NCBI GenBank assembly: GCA_963660485.1
Contig: CAVKYH010000006.1
Location: forward strand, 522 to 64,521
Origin: a bacterium
GTDB lineage: Bacteria > Bacteroidota > Bacteroidia > Bacteroidales > Bacteroidaceae
Direction of reading: 5' to 3'
DNA: 64,000 bases
Shown: positions 25,764 to 37,747 of the stretch, one piece after another
Position numbering within the stretch: position 1 is the first letter of the stretch
Layout: the number at the start of each line of letters is the position of its first letter
The notes under the pieces: model-generated
The model's database searches: none
The model's input: the letters and a program-made list of their open reading frames with translations, nothing else
Told to the model about the DNA's origin: nothing
Translations under genes and position numbers: made by a program

Positions 25764-27578
25764 TCAGGAAAACATGCTCTCGATTTTACTCTGGGGCATT
25801 ATAGCCACAATAGTTTTGCCGTCGGGGGTATATTTCGGCGTGGTGGTGGCAAACAGCTCGTCTATCATCTTGTTCATCTCCTTGTTCGACAGCGGCGAAT
25901 CGTAGGGAATTGCCGCATGCTGGGCAAGCACAAGGGCTATATGCTTGTCAACTTCTTCCTTAATCTTTGTCTGCCCCGCGCTTTCCTCCAACACATCGCG
26001 CAAAAGCTCTGTGGCGTTGAGTTTCTCGGTTCCTGCCGGCAATCCGTTGATTGCAAAACTGCCGTCGCCAAGGTCGGAGAGGTCGAAACCGGCTGCCACA
26101 ATTTCGTTTGCCATTGCAGCGAGCGTGGTGCGCTCCTGAGTGTTGAGCTGCACGAGTTCCGGGAAAATGATGCGCTCGCTTGCCGCCTTGCGCTCCGACA
26201 AGTTTTTGAGGAAACGCTCATATAATATGCGTATGTGGGCGCGATGCTGGTCGATAAACATCAGTCCCGACGGCATGGCGGTTACAATGTAGCGCTTCTT
26301 GTATTGATAGTGCTCCAAGGTATGACCTTCGGCAGAATTTGCTCCGGTTTCCTCCACGGCAGGTGCGGCTGTTTTTTCCTGCGACGGCATATCGTTACGC
26401 CGGGTTATGCCGTCGAAAAGTTTTTGCCAATTGCGCGGCGCAGCAGGTCGGGATACCTCCGCCGACTGAAAGGGATTGTAGTCTCCGGAAAAGGTAACTT
26501 TAGGCTGTTCCACGTTCTTGCTGCGCGGATCATACACGGGAATTCCCAGAGGATTGTCGCCCTCTTCAAAATTAAGCTCCGGCACAGCATTAAACTTGCC
26601 CACAGATTCTTTCACCGCCGCCATGAGTATTTGAAACACCGCCTGCTCGTCCTCGAATTTGATTTCGGCTTTCGTGGGGTGGATATTGACGTCGATGCGC
26701 GCGGGATCAATGTCGAAATAAACAAAGAAACTCACTTGTTCGTCGGCGGGAATCAGCCGCTCATAGGCAAGCATCACGGCTTTGCCGAAATAAGGGTGGC
26801 GCATGTAGCGGCCGTTCACGAAGAAAAACTGTTTGCTGCCTTTTTTACGCGCACTCTCGGGCGTTCCAACAAAGCCCTTGATTTTTACAATCGACGTGTC
26901 AACTTCTATATGCAGCAGCTGTTGGTTCATGCGCTTGCCAAACACGTCGGCTATGCGTTGCAGGCAAGACCCCGCCGGCAAATCGTGCACCAAAGTATCG
27001 TTGTTGTATAAAGAGAAGCGCACCTCGGGGTGAGCCAAAACTATCTTCTCGAATTCAGTGATGATGTTGTTGAACTCTGTCTGGTTTGACTTCAAGAATC
27101 TGCGCCTTGCCGGAATATTGAAAAACAAGTTCTTTACCAAGAAATTCGCACCCACATCACACGCCACCGGTTGTTGGTCGGTTACTTTAGAACCCTCGAT
27201 TGACAAGCTCACGCCAAGTTTGCTGTCTGCCATACGTGTGCGCAATTCCACCTGGGCCACGGCGGCAATCGAAGGCAAAGCCTCGCCACGGAATCCCATG
27301 GTGTGGAGACTGAAAAGGTCGGCAGCTTTGCTGATCTTTGATGTGGCATGACGCTCAAACGCCAAACGCGCATCGGTTTCGCTCATGCCGCAACCGTTGT
27401 CCACAACTTGAATGCACGTTTTACCGGCATCGGTTATAAGAACATCGATCTTGGTGGCTCCTGCATCAAGTGCATTTTCCACGAGTTCCTTTACCACCGA
27501 AGCGGGACGCTGTATAACCTCTCCGGCAGCAATCTGGTTTGCCACCGAGTCGGGAAGTAGATGTATGATATCCGGCAT
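25764..27578 (-). CDS. mutL: DNA mismatch repair endonuclease MutL
   Basis: 604 aa. GHKL ATPase N-terminus (IAAGEVIQRPASVVKELVENALDAGA) and a MutL C-terminal dimerisation domain. Confidence 0.9.
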   Translation of the reverse strand: MPDIIHLLPDSVANQIAAGEVIQRPASVVKELVENALDAGATKIDVLITDAGKTCIQVVDNGCGMSETDARLAFERHATSKISKAADLFSLHTMGFRGEALPSIAAVAQVELRTRMADSKLGVSLSIEGSKVTDQQPVACDVGANFLVKNLFFNIPARRRFLKSNQTEFNNIITEFEKIVLAHPEVRFSLYNNDTLVHDLPAGSCLQRIADVFGKRMNQQLLHIEVDTSIVKIKGFVGTPESARKKGSKQFFFVNGRYMRHPYFGKAVMLAYERLIPADEQVSFFVYFDIDPARIDVNIHPTKAEIKFEDEQAVFQILMAAVKESVGKFNAVPELNFEEGDNPLGIPVYDPRSKNVEQPKVTFSGDYNPFQSAEVSRPAAPRNWQKLFDGITRRNDMPSQEKTAAPAVEETGANSAEGHTLEHYQYKKRYIVTAMPSGLMFIDQHRAHIRILYERFLKNLSERKAASERIIFPELVQLNTQERTTLAAMANEIVAAGFDLSDLGDGSFAINGLPAGTEKLNATELLRDVLEESAGQTKIKEEVDKHIALVLAQHAAIPYDSPLSNKEMNKMIDELFATTTPKYTPDGKTIVAIMPQSKIESMFS

Positions 27579-27635
27579 ATTGTGTTTGCAATAGGGTGAA
27601 TCGAGGCGGCAAAGCCACCAAGGGCAACGGCGCGA

Positions 27636-29333
27636 CTATTTGCCGGTTGCGTTGCCGAGTTTCTTTTTGGCAATCTCAGAGAGCGTTTGCAAAGGAGCCT
27701 GACGTCTCACAGTTTCGCGCAGTTCCTTTCCTTCGCCTTTCTCTTTCCATACAAAAATATCGTCCTTGTTTTTGGGGCGGATATAGTCGAACCACGCAAA
27801 ATTCTTGAGGAACAATTGATCTTCGGGCGCAAGTTTCAAAGGATACATCGTGCCGTTTGCCGGAGCACTCCAAATATGATGCATCTTCCGGTCTTTCATA
27901 TACATTCTTAGCTCGGAGGTCTGCATGCGGTTGAGCCCGATCATCGTGCTGTCGCTGTCGTAAGGATAATAAGCCACGTCAACATTACCCACAACCTTGC
28001 TCCACGAAAGTTTCCCGTCATCAAAATACGCAAACATCTCGCGCCCCGCAACTTGATTGAAGTTGGCGCTGTCGAGTTGCTGCGCGAGCAAAGTTTGTCT
28101 TATCACATGAACGCTGTCTAAGGACGAATCGCTCATGAACGCCTGTATTTCCTCGCCAAGCAGCTGCTGATTGTTGTTCCAGACTATGGGATTGCCATAC
28201 ATAGTCATCTTCTTTTCCTTGGAGTCGTATTTCAGCGAATCGCAAACGCTCTGCACATCTACGCGAAAGGCTCTCGCTTTATGGTAGCCGTGTATCAAAC
28301 GAAATACACTGTCGGTGCGGATATTATAGGTGAATATCTTGAACGTATCGGCGTGCATATAAAGAGTGTCGGGCGAGGAATAGTCGCGCACAACGGCGTT
28401 ATTGGTTGCCATGGCGTATCCCGTGGTATCATCATACTCGCAATAATCGCCCGTGAGCAGGTTTTTGTTTCCTTTGTCGTTGTAAATGATATTACGATAA
28501 GCACGCATTTTTCCGTTCTTCTTGTCGTAATACATACTGTCGCCCGTCATAGTGCTGTTGCCGTTGATTACAACCGAACGGTCGAACAGTTCGGCGTAAT
28601 CTTTAGCCGTGTCATAATACCCACGTTCGGTGTAGATTTTATTACCGTCGCTGGTGATGTTTGAAGGTCCTACAATATGAGTGAGTTTAGTGAGCGTGTT
28701 GTAATGAAGGGTATCGGAGGTGAGAACAAAACGGTCGTTCGTAAGCTTTACGTGGTAGTTGAACACCGCCTCACGGGTTTGCGGCGAATACTCTCCCCAA
28801 TCGGAAACGAGAACATTCTTGCCATCATAAAGTTTTCCGCCGTCAAAAAAATAGCCAAGGTTGTAAAGTTTGTCGTAGTTCAAACTGTCGGTAACAAGTA
28901 GCGTTCCGCGATGTTTAAGATGCACGTTCTTCCGCGCCTGGGCTATCTGGGCATCACCATCATACTTGAGATAATCACCGGTAAGCGACAAAGTGTCTCC
29001 CTGAACCATCTTAACGTTGCTGAAAGCCTCAAAGGAATTCGAAGCCTTGTAATAGTATGCGCTGTCGCAGAATAGTTTTATATTGCCATGGTTGAACTGC
29101 ACATTGCCATTGAGTATGTTGGCATTAGGGTTCTTCATCATGTCATAATGCAAGAGATCGGCATGCACAAGAACGATGCGTTCCCCTTTTTGACGCTTCG
29201 TATCCTTTTTTACAGGCTTGGTAGTAGCCGCGCCAACGGTAGTAAAAGCAACAAACAAAAGTAAAATGAGGCACAAACTGCAAAAATGCGATCTGTGCCT
29301 TGATAACATGCTACATATATTGCGTTGTATCAT
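27636..29333 (-). CDS. OstA/LptD-N-like repeat protein (outer-membrane biogenesis associated)
   Basis: Start placed at ATG 29333, which forms an ATGA overlap with the upstream stop (29330-29332). A signal-like hydrophobic segment is followed by repeated OstA-like beta-jellyroll-type sequence. Confidence 0.6.
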   Translation of the reverse strand: MIQRNICSMLSRHRSHFCSLCLILLLFVAFTTVGAATTKPVKKDTKRQKGERIVLVHADLLHYDMMKNPNANILNGNVQFNHGNIKLFCDSAYYYKASNSFEAFSNVKMVQGDTLSLTGDYLKYDGDAQIAQARKNVHLKHRGTLLVTDSLNYDKLYNLGYFFDGGKLYDGKNVLVSDWGEYSPQTREAVFNYHVKLTNDRFVLTSDTLHYNTLTKLTHIVGPSNITSDGNKIYTERGYYDTAKDYAELFDRSVVINGNSTMTGDSMYYDKKNGKMRAYRNIIYNDKGNKNLLTGDYCEYDDTTGYAMATNNAVVRDYSSPDTLYMHADTFKIFTYNIRTDSVFRLIHGYHKARAFRVDVQSVCDSLKYDSKEKKMTMYGNPIVWNNNQQLLGEEIQAFMSDSSLDSVHVIRQTLLAQQLDSANFNQVAGREMFAYFDDGKLSWSKVVGNVDVAYYPYDSDSTMIGLNRMQTSELRMYMKDRKMHHIWSAPANGTMYPLKLAPEDQLFLKNFAWFDYIRPKNKDDIFVWKEKGEGKELRETVRRQAPLQTLSEIAKKKLGNATGK

Positions 29334-30706
29334 TTTTTTACCCAACCTGGATAACGGAAATCGCAATCTCGCCATTCCGGTTTAATACTTATATATGTTG
29401 TTTTCTGCTTGTCGCGAATCCAATCATCGATCACCTTGTTTTGCTCTTGGGTTACGAGAATATTCTGCAAGGTTTGGAAATCCTCTGTCATCGAAGCGTA
29501 GTGTTCTTCGTTGCGGTCGGTCAATTTTACTATCGCACAAACTTGCTGGCCTTTCTTGGTAGTCATAGAGAATGGCTTGGAAATTTCGCCGGGCTTCATA
29601 GTGCTCACAACCTTAGCCACATCTTGCGGAAGATCTCGGAGTTCAAACCACTGAGTCATTCCGGCACGTGGATTGTTTGCCGATACGCTTTTCCCCATTA
29701 TGCCACGGTTGTTACGAGTGTCTTTATCGTCTGAATAAACCACGGCATCTTCAAACGAGAACTTGCCGTCGCGGATATCTGTAGCGATGGAATCGAGACG
29801 GGATAGGCATGCCTTTACTGCGGCATCGCTTACTACCGGTTTCTTGAGTATATGCCGTACGCGTATTTTATCACCTCGGCGATCTATCAACTGTATTATA
29901 TGATAACCAAATTCGGTCTTGACAATACGTGATACCTTCTTGGGATCCGTAAGTGAGAAAGCAACGTTCGCAAATTCAGGAACAAGTTCGCCTTTACCCA
30001 TATACGGCAATTCTCCTCCGTTTCGACGCGTACCTTCGTCCTCGCTGTACATCATGGCAAGGGTTGCAAAATCACTTTCACCCGATGTAATTCGTTTGGT
30101 ATAGTCGCGCAATTCATTTTCGATATGTTCCATTTCTTCGCGGCTCACTTCGGGTGTGTTCGTTATTATCTGCACTTCGTATCGAGTAGGGATAAGAGGC
30201 AAACTATCTTGGGGCACATTTTTAAAATAGTTCCTCACCTCGGCAGGAGTAACCTTTACGTCGGCAGCAATCTTGCGTTTCACTTCCTCCACGACTGACA
30301 TCTTTTTGAGCTGCTCCATTGTCTGCTGGCGTATCTGGGTCATTGGCTTACGCATATACTCTTCCAGTTTTTCCTTAGAGCCAGCCATCTGAATCATATA
30401 GTTCAAACGGTATTCCAATTCCTGCAACACATCACCGTCTTTCACTTCAATGCTGTCTATAAGCGCTTGATGTAAAAACAATTTCTGTATTGCCATTTGC
30501 TCAGGTATCACGCAGCGCGGATTACCTTCCGTGGCCTCGCCGTTAACTTCGGAAACAAGTCGCTGTTCCTCCACTTCGGATTTGAATATCGGCTCATCGC
30601 CCACCACCCAAATCACTTCGTCGATAACGTTATTGTTTTGTGCGAACGCTGTTGCCGGCAAAATCACAGCCGATACGTACAGCAGAATTTTTCTTAGCTT
30701 ATTCAT
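29330..30706 (-). CDS. SurA-like periplasmic chaperone / parvulin-type peptidyl-prolyl isomerase
   Basis: Start set at MNKLRKILLYVSAVILPATAFA (ATG 30706). Parvulin block FGYHIIQLIDRRG. Confidence 0.8.
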   Translation of the reverse strand: MNKLRKILLYVSAVILPATAFAQNNNVIDEVIWVVGDEPIFKSEVEEQRLVSEVNGEATEGNPRCVIPEQMAIQKLFLHQALIDSIEVKDGDVLQELEYRLNYMIQMAGSKEKLEEYMRKPMTQIRQQTMEQLKKMSVVEEVKRKIAADVKVTPAEVRNYFKNVPQDSLPLIPTRYEVQIITNTPEVSREEMEHIENELRDYTKRITSGESDFATLAMMYSEDEGTRRNGGELPYMGKGELVPEFANVAFSLTDPKKVSRIVKTEFGYHIIQLIDRRGDKIRVRHILKKPVVSDAAVKACLSRLDSIATDIRDGKFSFEDAVVYSDDKDTRNNRGIMGKSVSANNPRAGMTQWFELRDLPQDVAKVVSTMKPGEISKPFSMTTKKGQQVCAIVKLTDRNEEHYASMTEDFQTLQNILVTQEQNKVIDDWIRDKQKTTYISIKPEWRDCDFRYPGWVKK

Positions 30707-30734
30707 TCTGTTTTTTTCAATTAACGGAATTCCC

Positions 30735-32156
30735 TTATTGTTCACGGCTCACGGTTTCCACCACATCGTCGTTAACCTTTACGCTGCTTTTTTCACGCAA
30801 CTGCTTAATCCATTCCTTTTCCTTGTAGTCTTGATAGTCGCTGGTAACTTGCGCTTTCACATCTGCGAGTTCTTCGGGAGATTTCTTCAGCAGTTTGCCT
30901 TCCATTCCGAGATAAGGGAAATGCTTTGAGTTGGGGATTTTCACACTGTCGTTCTTAAATATATATTTGTCGACAATACGATTTTCTCCTTCTTTCCAAA
31001 TGCCATGCGACACCATTACTTTTTCCTTTCCTCCGGTATTGAAACGCTTTTTTATCTCACCGTTCCAATCTTTTCCCGCATATTTTTTAAGCACAGCCTT
31101 CACTTCTTTTACAAGTGCCTCTTCTGTGGTGTGAAACACGAAGCCTTTGTATCGCGGCGAATCCCATTGGTAGTTTTTCTTGTTTTTCTTGAAAAACGCC
31201 TCCTGGCCTTTCACGTCTTTTTCAGCCTTATCCCATACCTCCTGTTTGGTAATGTTGTAAGCCAAAAGCCCCTCGCGATAATCTTGGGTTACATATTTCA
31301 ATGTAGCATCGTCGTTTTCGTGTTCTTTCTCTATTTGATCGAGCACTTCATCGCGTGTCTTTCCGCCCGAAGCCTTTACAAGTTTCTCCACAGCATGGTT
31401 GAAAACCATCTGCAGCAAACCTTGTGGGTTGAGAATCTTTATAAGTTCGTCTTTCTTCTGTTCGTAAGGCTGCAATTTGGCCCGCGCGCGCATCAATACT
31501 ATATGATAGCCTGCCGTTGACTCGAATGGTTCTGACATTTCGCCCGCCTTGAGCGCGTAGCATTTGTCTTCAAACTCTTTGAGTGTCGCCCCAGGACCAA
31601 TGTCGGGCAATTCGCCGCCGCGACGTGCCGAAGCAATATCCTGCGAGCATGCCTTGGCCACTTCTGCAAAGTCGGCGCCGCTTTTCAAAACGCTGTAAAT
31701 AGAATCTATCTTGACTTTGGCCTCTGCTTTCTGCTTGTCGCTGGCTTTTTGCGGCACAGAGACAAACACATGCGAGACGCTAAGGATATCCGAATCCTTG
31801 AGCTGCGTCTTCATTCGGTCGTAAATCGAACGCACGATGGAATCTTCAAATTGCGTATCGGTAACATATTTCGTCAGCAGGTCGTTGCGATAAGTGGCAA
31901 ACTCCTGGCGGAATTCCTTTGCGGTATCTATACGTTGCTTGAGCGCTTCCGCTATTTTCAGGCGGTAGTTTATATACAGATCCACATATTCCTTTACGCT
32001 TGTACCCGATGCCTTGTTGCGGTTGTAAGCACGTTCAAATTCCGAACGCGCCACATTGTTGCCGTTGATGGTCATCACCACGGGATCGTTGGCATTTTGT
32101 GCATATCCACACACACTTGCCAACACTAAGAGCAGTATTCCTCCGATGCGTTTCAT
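30735..32156 (-). CDS. parvulin-type peptidyl-prolyl isomerase (PpiC/SurA family)
   Basis: Start set at MKRIGGILLLVLASVCGYA (ATG 32156). Parvulin block GELPDIGPG..AGYHIVLMRAR. Confidence 0.75.
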   Translation of the reverse strand: MKRIGGILLLVLASVCGYAQNANDPVVMTINGNNVARSEFERAYNRNKASGTSVKEYVDLYINYRLKIAEALKQRIDTAKEFRQEFATYRNDLLTKYVTDTQFEDSIVRSIYDRMKTQLKDSDILSVSHVFVSVPQKASDKQKAEAKVKIDSIYSVLKSGADFAEVAKACSQDIASARRGGELPDIGPGATLKEFEDKCYALKAGEMSEPFESTAGYHIVLMRARAKLQPYEQKKDELIKILNPQGLLQMVFNHAVEKLVKASGGKTRDEVLDQIEKEHENDDATLKYVTQDYREGLLAYNITKQEVWDKAEKDVKGQEAFFKKNKKNYQWDSPRYKGFVFHTTEEALVKEVKAVLKKYAGKDWNGEIKKRFNTGGKEKVMVSHGIWKEGENRIVDKYIFKNDSVKIPNSKHFPYLGMEGKLLKKSPEELADVKAQVTSDYQDYKEKEWIKQLREKSSVKVNDDVVETVSREQ

Positions 32157-32191
32157 ATCAGCATTATTAATGATGCGCCGCCTTTCCGGCA

Positions 32192-33688
<1,497 letters not shown>

Positions 33689-33698
33689 TTATTGCGCA

Positions 33699-33706
33699 CA
33701 AATTTA
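33699..33706 (-). promoter_or_regulatory. candidate -7 box for guaB
   Basis: + strand caaattta = TAAATTTG on the minus strand, 23 nt upstream of ATG 33676. Confidence 0.45.
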
Positions 33707-33939
33707 CTCAAAATATTCGATACCCCATAACTACCGCCGCGTTTTTAACCTAATCTAACACCACTTTATATTTATCTCCACCCCACAACGCGCCAATCAT
33801 AATGTTTTTGGTATTCACGCCATGCAAATCCGCGCACACGGGAGCAGTTTTTCCGTCAGAAAAAACTGCAAAAACCACTCTTCACACATACTTTTTCATT
33901 CCCATTTCAGGCTAATTACAAACGCACAAATATTGCCCG

Positions 33940-34050
33940 AAAAAAGACATCGGATATCGGAAAAACGATGTCAGACATAATTTAAACGATGTCTGACATA
34001 ATTTAAATTACAAGGCATCTCGTAAAAACAAGATGCCTTGTAATTTTTCG
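33940..34050. repeat. 21-nt modular repeat, copy 10 (E'-E-T-T', chimeric)
   Basis: ..CGGATATCGGAAAAACG ATGTCAGACATAATTTAAACG ATGTCTGACATAATTTAAATT ACAAGGCATCTCGTAAAAACA AGATGCCTTGTAATTTTTCG. T and T' form a perfect 11-bp stem (34010..34041). Confidence 0.9.
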
Positions 34051-34150
34051 ATGCAAGCACAAGCGTTTCCGCAACAAGCCAACAATCTGTTTTACAAGCG
34101 TTTCTAAAAGTAACAGCACAAACCATGAAATCCACGGCAAAAGCATGAGC

Positions 34151-34186
34151 AAAATAAAAATCGGGGCGGCATTTTGCCGTCCCGAT
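34151..34186 (-). terminator. rho-independent terminator after groEL
   Basis: Minus strand: ATCGGGACGGC-AAAAT-GCCGCCCCGAT followed by TTTTTATTTT. Confidence 0.7.
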
Positions 34187-34237
34187 TTCTCGGTATAAAG
34201 TGTTACAAATGTTTTGTTTTCTTCGCTACATCGCGGA

Positions 34238-35890
<1,653 letters not shown>

Positions 35891-35899
35891 TTAAACATA

Positions 35900-36172
35900 T
35901 TATGCCAAAATAGCGAGAACGTCGCTCTGGCGCATGATGAGATATTTTTCATCGCCAATTTCGATTTCTGTGCCTGCGTATTTGCCGAAGAGCACTTGGT
36001 CGCCGGCTTTGAGCACCATTTTTTCGTCTTTAGTGCCTTCACCTGCAGCTACAACTTCGCCTTTCAACGGTTTTTCCTTAGCTGTATCGGGAATAATGAT
36101 ACCTGCCACAGTTTTCTCCTCAGCCTTTGCGGGAGCAATCAGAACTCTGTCTGCCAATGGTTTAATGTTCAT
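35900..36172 (-). CDS. groS: co-chaperonin GroES
   Basis: 90 aa, [12 protein letters not shown].., located 30 nt upstream of groEL. Confidence 0.95.
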   Translation of the reverse strand: MNIKPLADRVLIAPAKAEEKTVAGIIIPDTAKEKPLKGEVVAAGEGTKDEKMVLKAGDQVLFGKYAGTEIEIGDEKYLIMRQSDVLAILA

Positions 36173-36448
36173 GTCTTTATTATTTTAAGTAATTTCTATT
36201 TGTTGTTTGTTGGTCAACGCCGCTAATGCAACGTCTTCTGCTAAGGATAAAGCCAAAAGCGTGCCAAACTCTATATGGATATAGCAAAAAAGGAAAAATA
36301 TTTTTCTCCATAGCATGACAGACATTGACGGCCGTGTCATTTTATGACAAAATGTCATAACGTCGTTCTTGCATGGCACAACATCGTGTCTACACCGCTC
36401 CCAAATGCCCAAGCAGAGGCATATTATATATAATGTATATCATAGGAA

Positions 36449-36566
36449 TTTTACGTTGCCGCATCTCGTAAAAATTCCAAGGCATCTAATTTAAATTCCG
36501 ACGCATCTAATTTAAATTACATGGCCCGGAGTTTTTTCGATATCAGGACACGTTTTTTACGGCATC
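36449..36566. repeat. 21-nt modular repeat, copy 11 (T-C-A-B'variant + degenerate end)
   Basis: TTGCCGCATCTCGTAAAAATT CCAAGGCATCTAATTTAAATT CCGACGCATCTAATTTAAATT ACATGGCCCGGAGTTTTTTCG ATATCAGGACACGTTTTTTACGGCATC. Confidence 0.88.
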
Positions 36567-36755
36567 AAATCTCGACAACACTACAACTATACGCCATTAT
36601 AATATATGCTTCACACAGCCCCGTTTCACCGCAAAACTTCGCGAAGCAACTTCATTTTACCCGAAAATGGTGATAGCAAATCATTATTTGTAGTGATTGC
36701 GCGAAAAGGGGATACTTGCCAACTTTGCACACAGAAACTCATTAGAATTTTTATT

Positions 36756-37250
36756 ATGAAGAAAACAATTGTAGTTTACGGCTCTTCCACAGGAAACTGT
36801 GAGGGCATCGCACAGAAAATAGCAGGAAAACTCGGTTGCGAGGCTATAGATGTGAACAGTTTGAACGCAGACGTCATTAATGCCAACGACAACCTGATTC
36901 TCGGCACTTCCACATGGGGAGCAGGCGACATGCAAGACGACTGGTACGACGGCGTGAAGGTTTTGAAGGCTGCCGGATTGAGCGGAAAGACCGTGGCAAT
37001 TTTCGGCTGCGGCGACGGCGAATCGTATTCCGACACATTCTGCGGCGGAATGGCAGAACTGCGCGATGCAGCGCAGGAAGCAGGCGCCAACATCATAGGC
37101 GCGGTTTCCACCGAAGGATATACTTTTGACGACTCGGCAGCTGTGGACGGCGACAAATTCCTTGGACTCGCTCTTGACGAGGACAACGAAAGCGACAAAA
37201 CCGACGAGCGCATAGAAAACTGGGTAGCAGAAATCACACCTCAACTATAA
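36756..37250 (+). CDS. long-chain flavodoxin
   Basis: Start set at ATG 36756 (MKKTIVVYGSSTGNCEGIAQKIA, an FMN phosphate loop). The track ORF begins 150 nt earlier with non-flavodoxin sequence. Confidence 0.85.
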   Translation: MKKTIVVYGSSTGNCEGIAQKIAGKLGCEAIDVNSLNADVINANDNLILGTSTWGAGDMQDDWYDGVKVLKAAGLSGKTVAIFGCGDGESYSDTFCGGMAELRDAAQEAGANIIGAVSTEGYTFDDSAAVDGDKFLGLALDEDNESDKTDERIENWVAEITPQL

Positions 37251-37255
37251 TTTCA

Positions 37256-37651
37256 ATGCAAACGGTGCAGAAAACAGAGGCAATGCCTGCCGACATGAAA
37301 GTGCTGGTGAACCATATCTACGAATTCAAGAAAGGAGTGCGAAAAATGGTATTGTTCACCTGCAACAGCTGTTATGAAGAATATGCCAAGGGGAAACTCG
37401 AGAAAAACGGCATAGACTATTTCACACAGCCCGTGGGAAACGGGAAAATAAATCTGTTTTTCGGACGGGGAGAATGCATCGAAGCGGCAAAATTGCTTGT
37501 CAACAGACCTATTAGCATGCTTACCCCCGAAGAAGATTTCATTCTCGGCACACTTCTGGGCTATGACGTATGCACCGAATGCGAACGATATTGCAAATTC
37601 AAGCGACGCGGCAGCAAATGCGCCGCAAAAGCCGAGCAGCCCGAGGCATAG
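37256..37651 (+). CDS. small Cys-containing protein, DUF2023-like (flavodoxin-adjacent)
   Basis: 131 aa, starting 5 nt after the flavodoxin stop. The family name is from memory of the flavodoxin-adjacent gene in Bacteroides and is unverified. Confidence 0.5.
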   Translation: MQTVQKTEAMPADMKVLVNHIYEFKKGVRKMVLFTCNSCYEEYAKGKLEKNGIDYFTQPVGNGKINLFFGRGECIEAAKLLVNRPISMLTPEEDFILGTLLGYDVCTECERYCKFKRRGSKCAAKAEQPEA

Positions 37652-37695
37652 CCGCAGGCCTACGACAGAAACAATATTTTCTTGGACTATAAACG

Positions 37696-37730
37696 AACAA
37701 CCCCGCGCCTGACATAGACGCGGGGTTGTT
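37696..37730. terminator. shared hairpin between the convergent DUF2023-like gene and alaS
   Basis: AACAACCCCGCG (37696-37707) and CGCGGGGTTGTT (37719-37730) form a perfect 12-bp stem. The flanking U-tracts are weak. Confidence 0.5.
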
Positions 37731-37747
37731 ATATATCGTAAATACGA

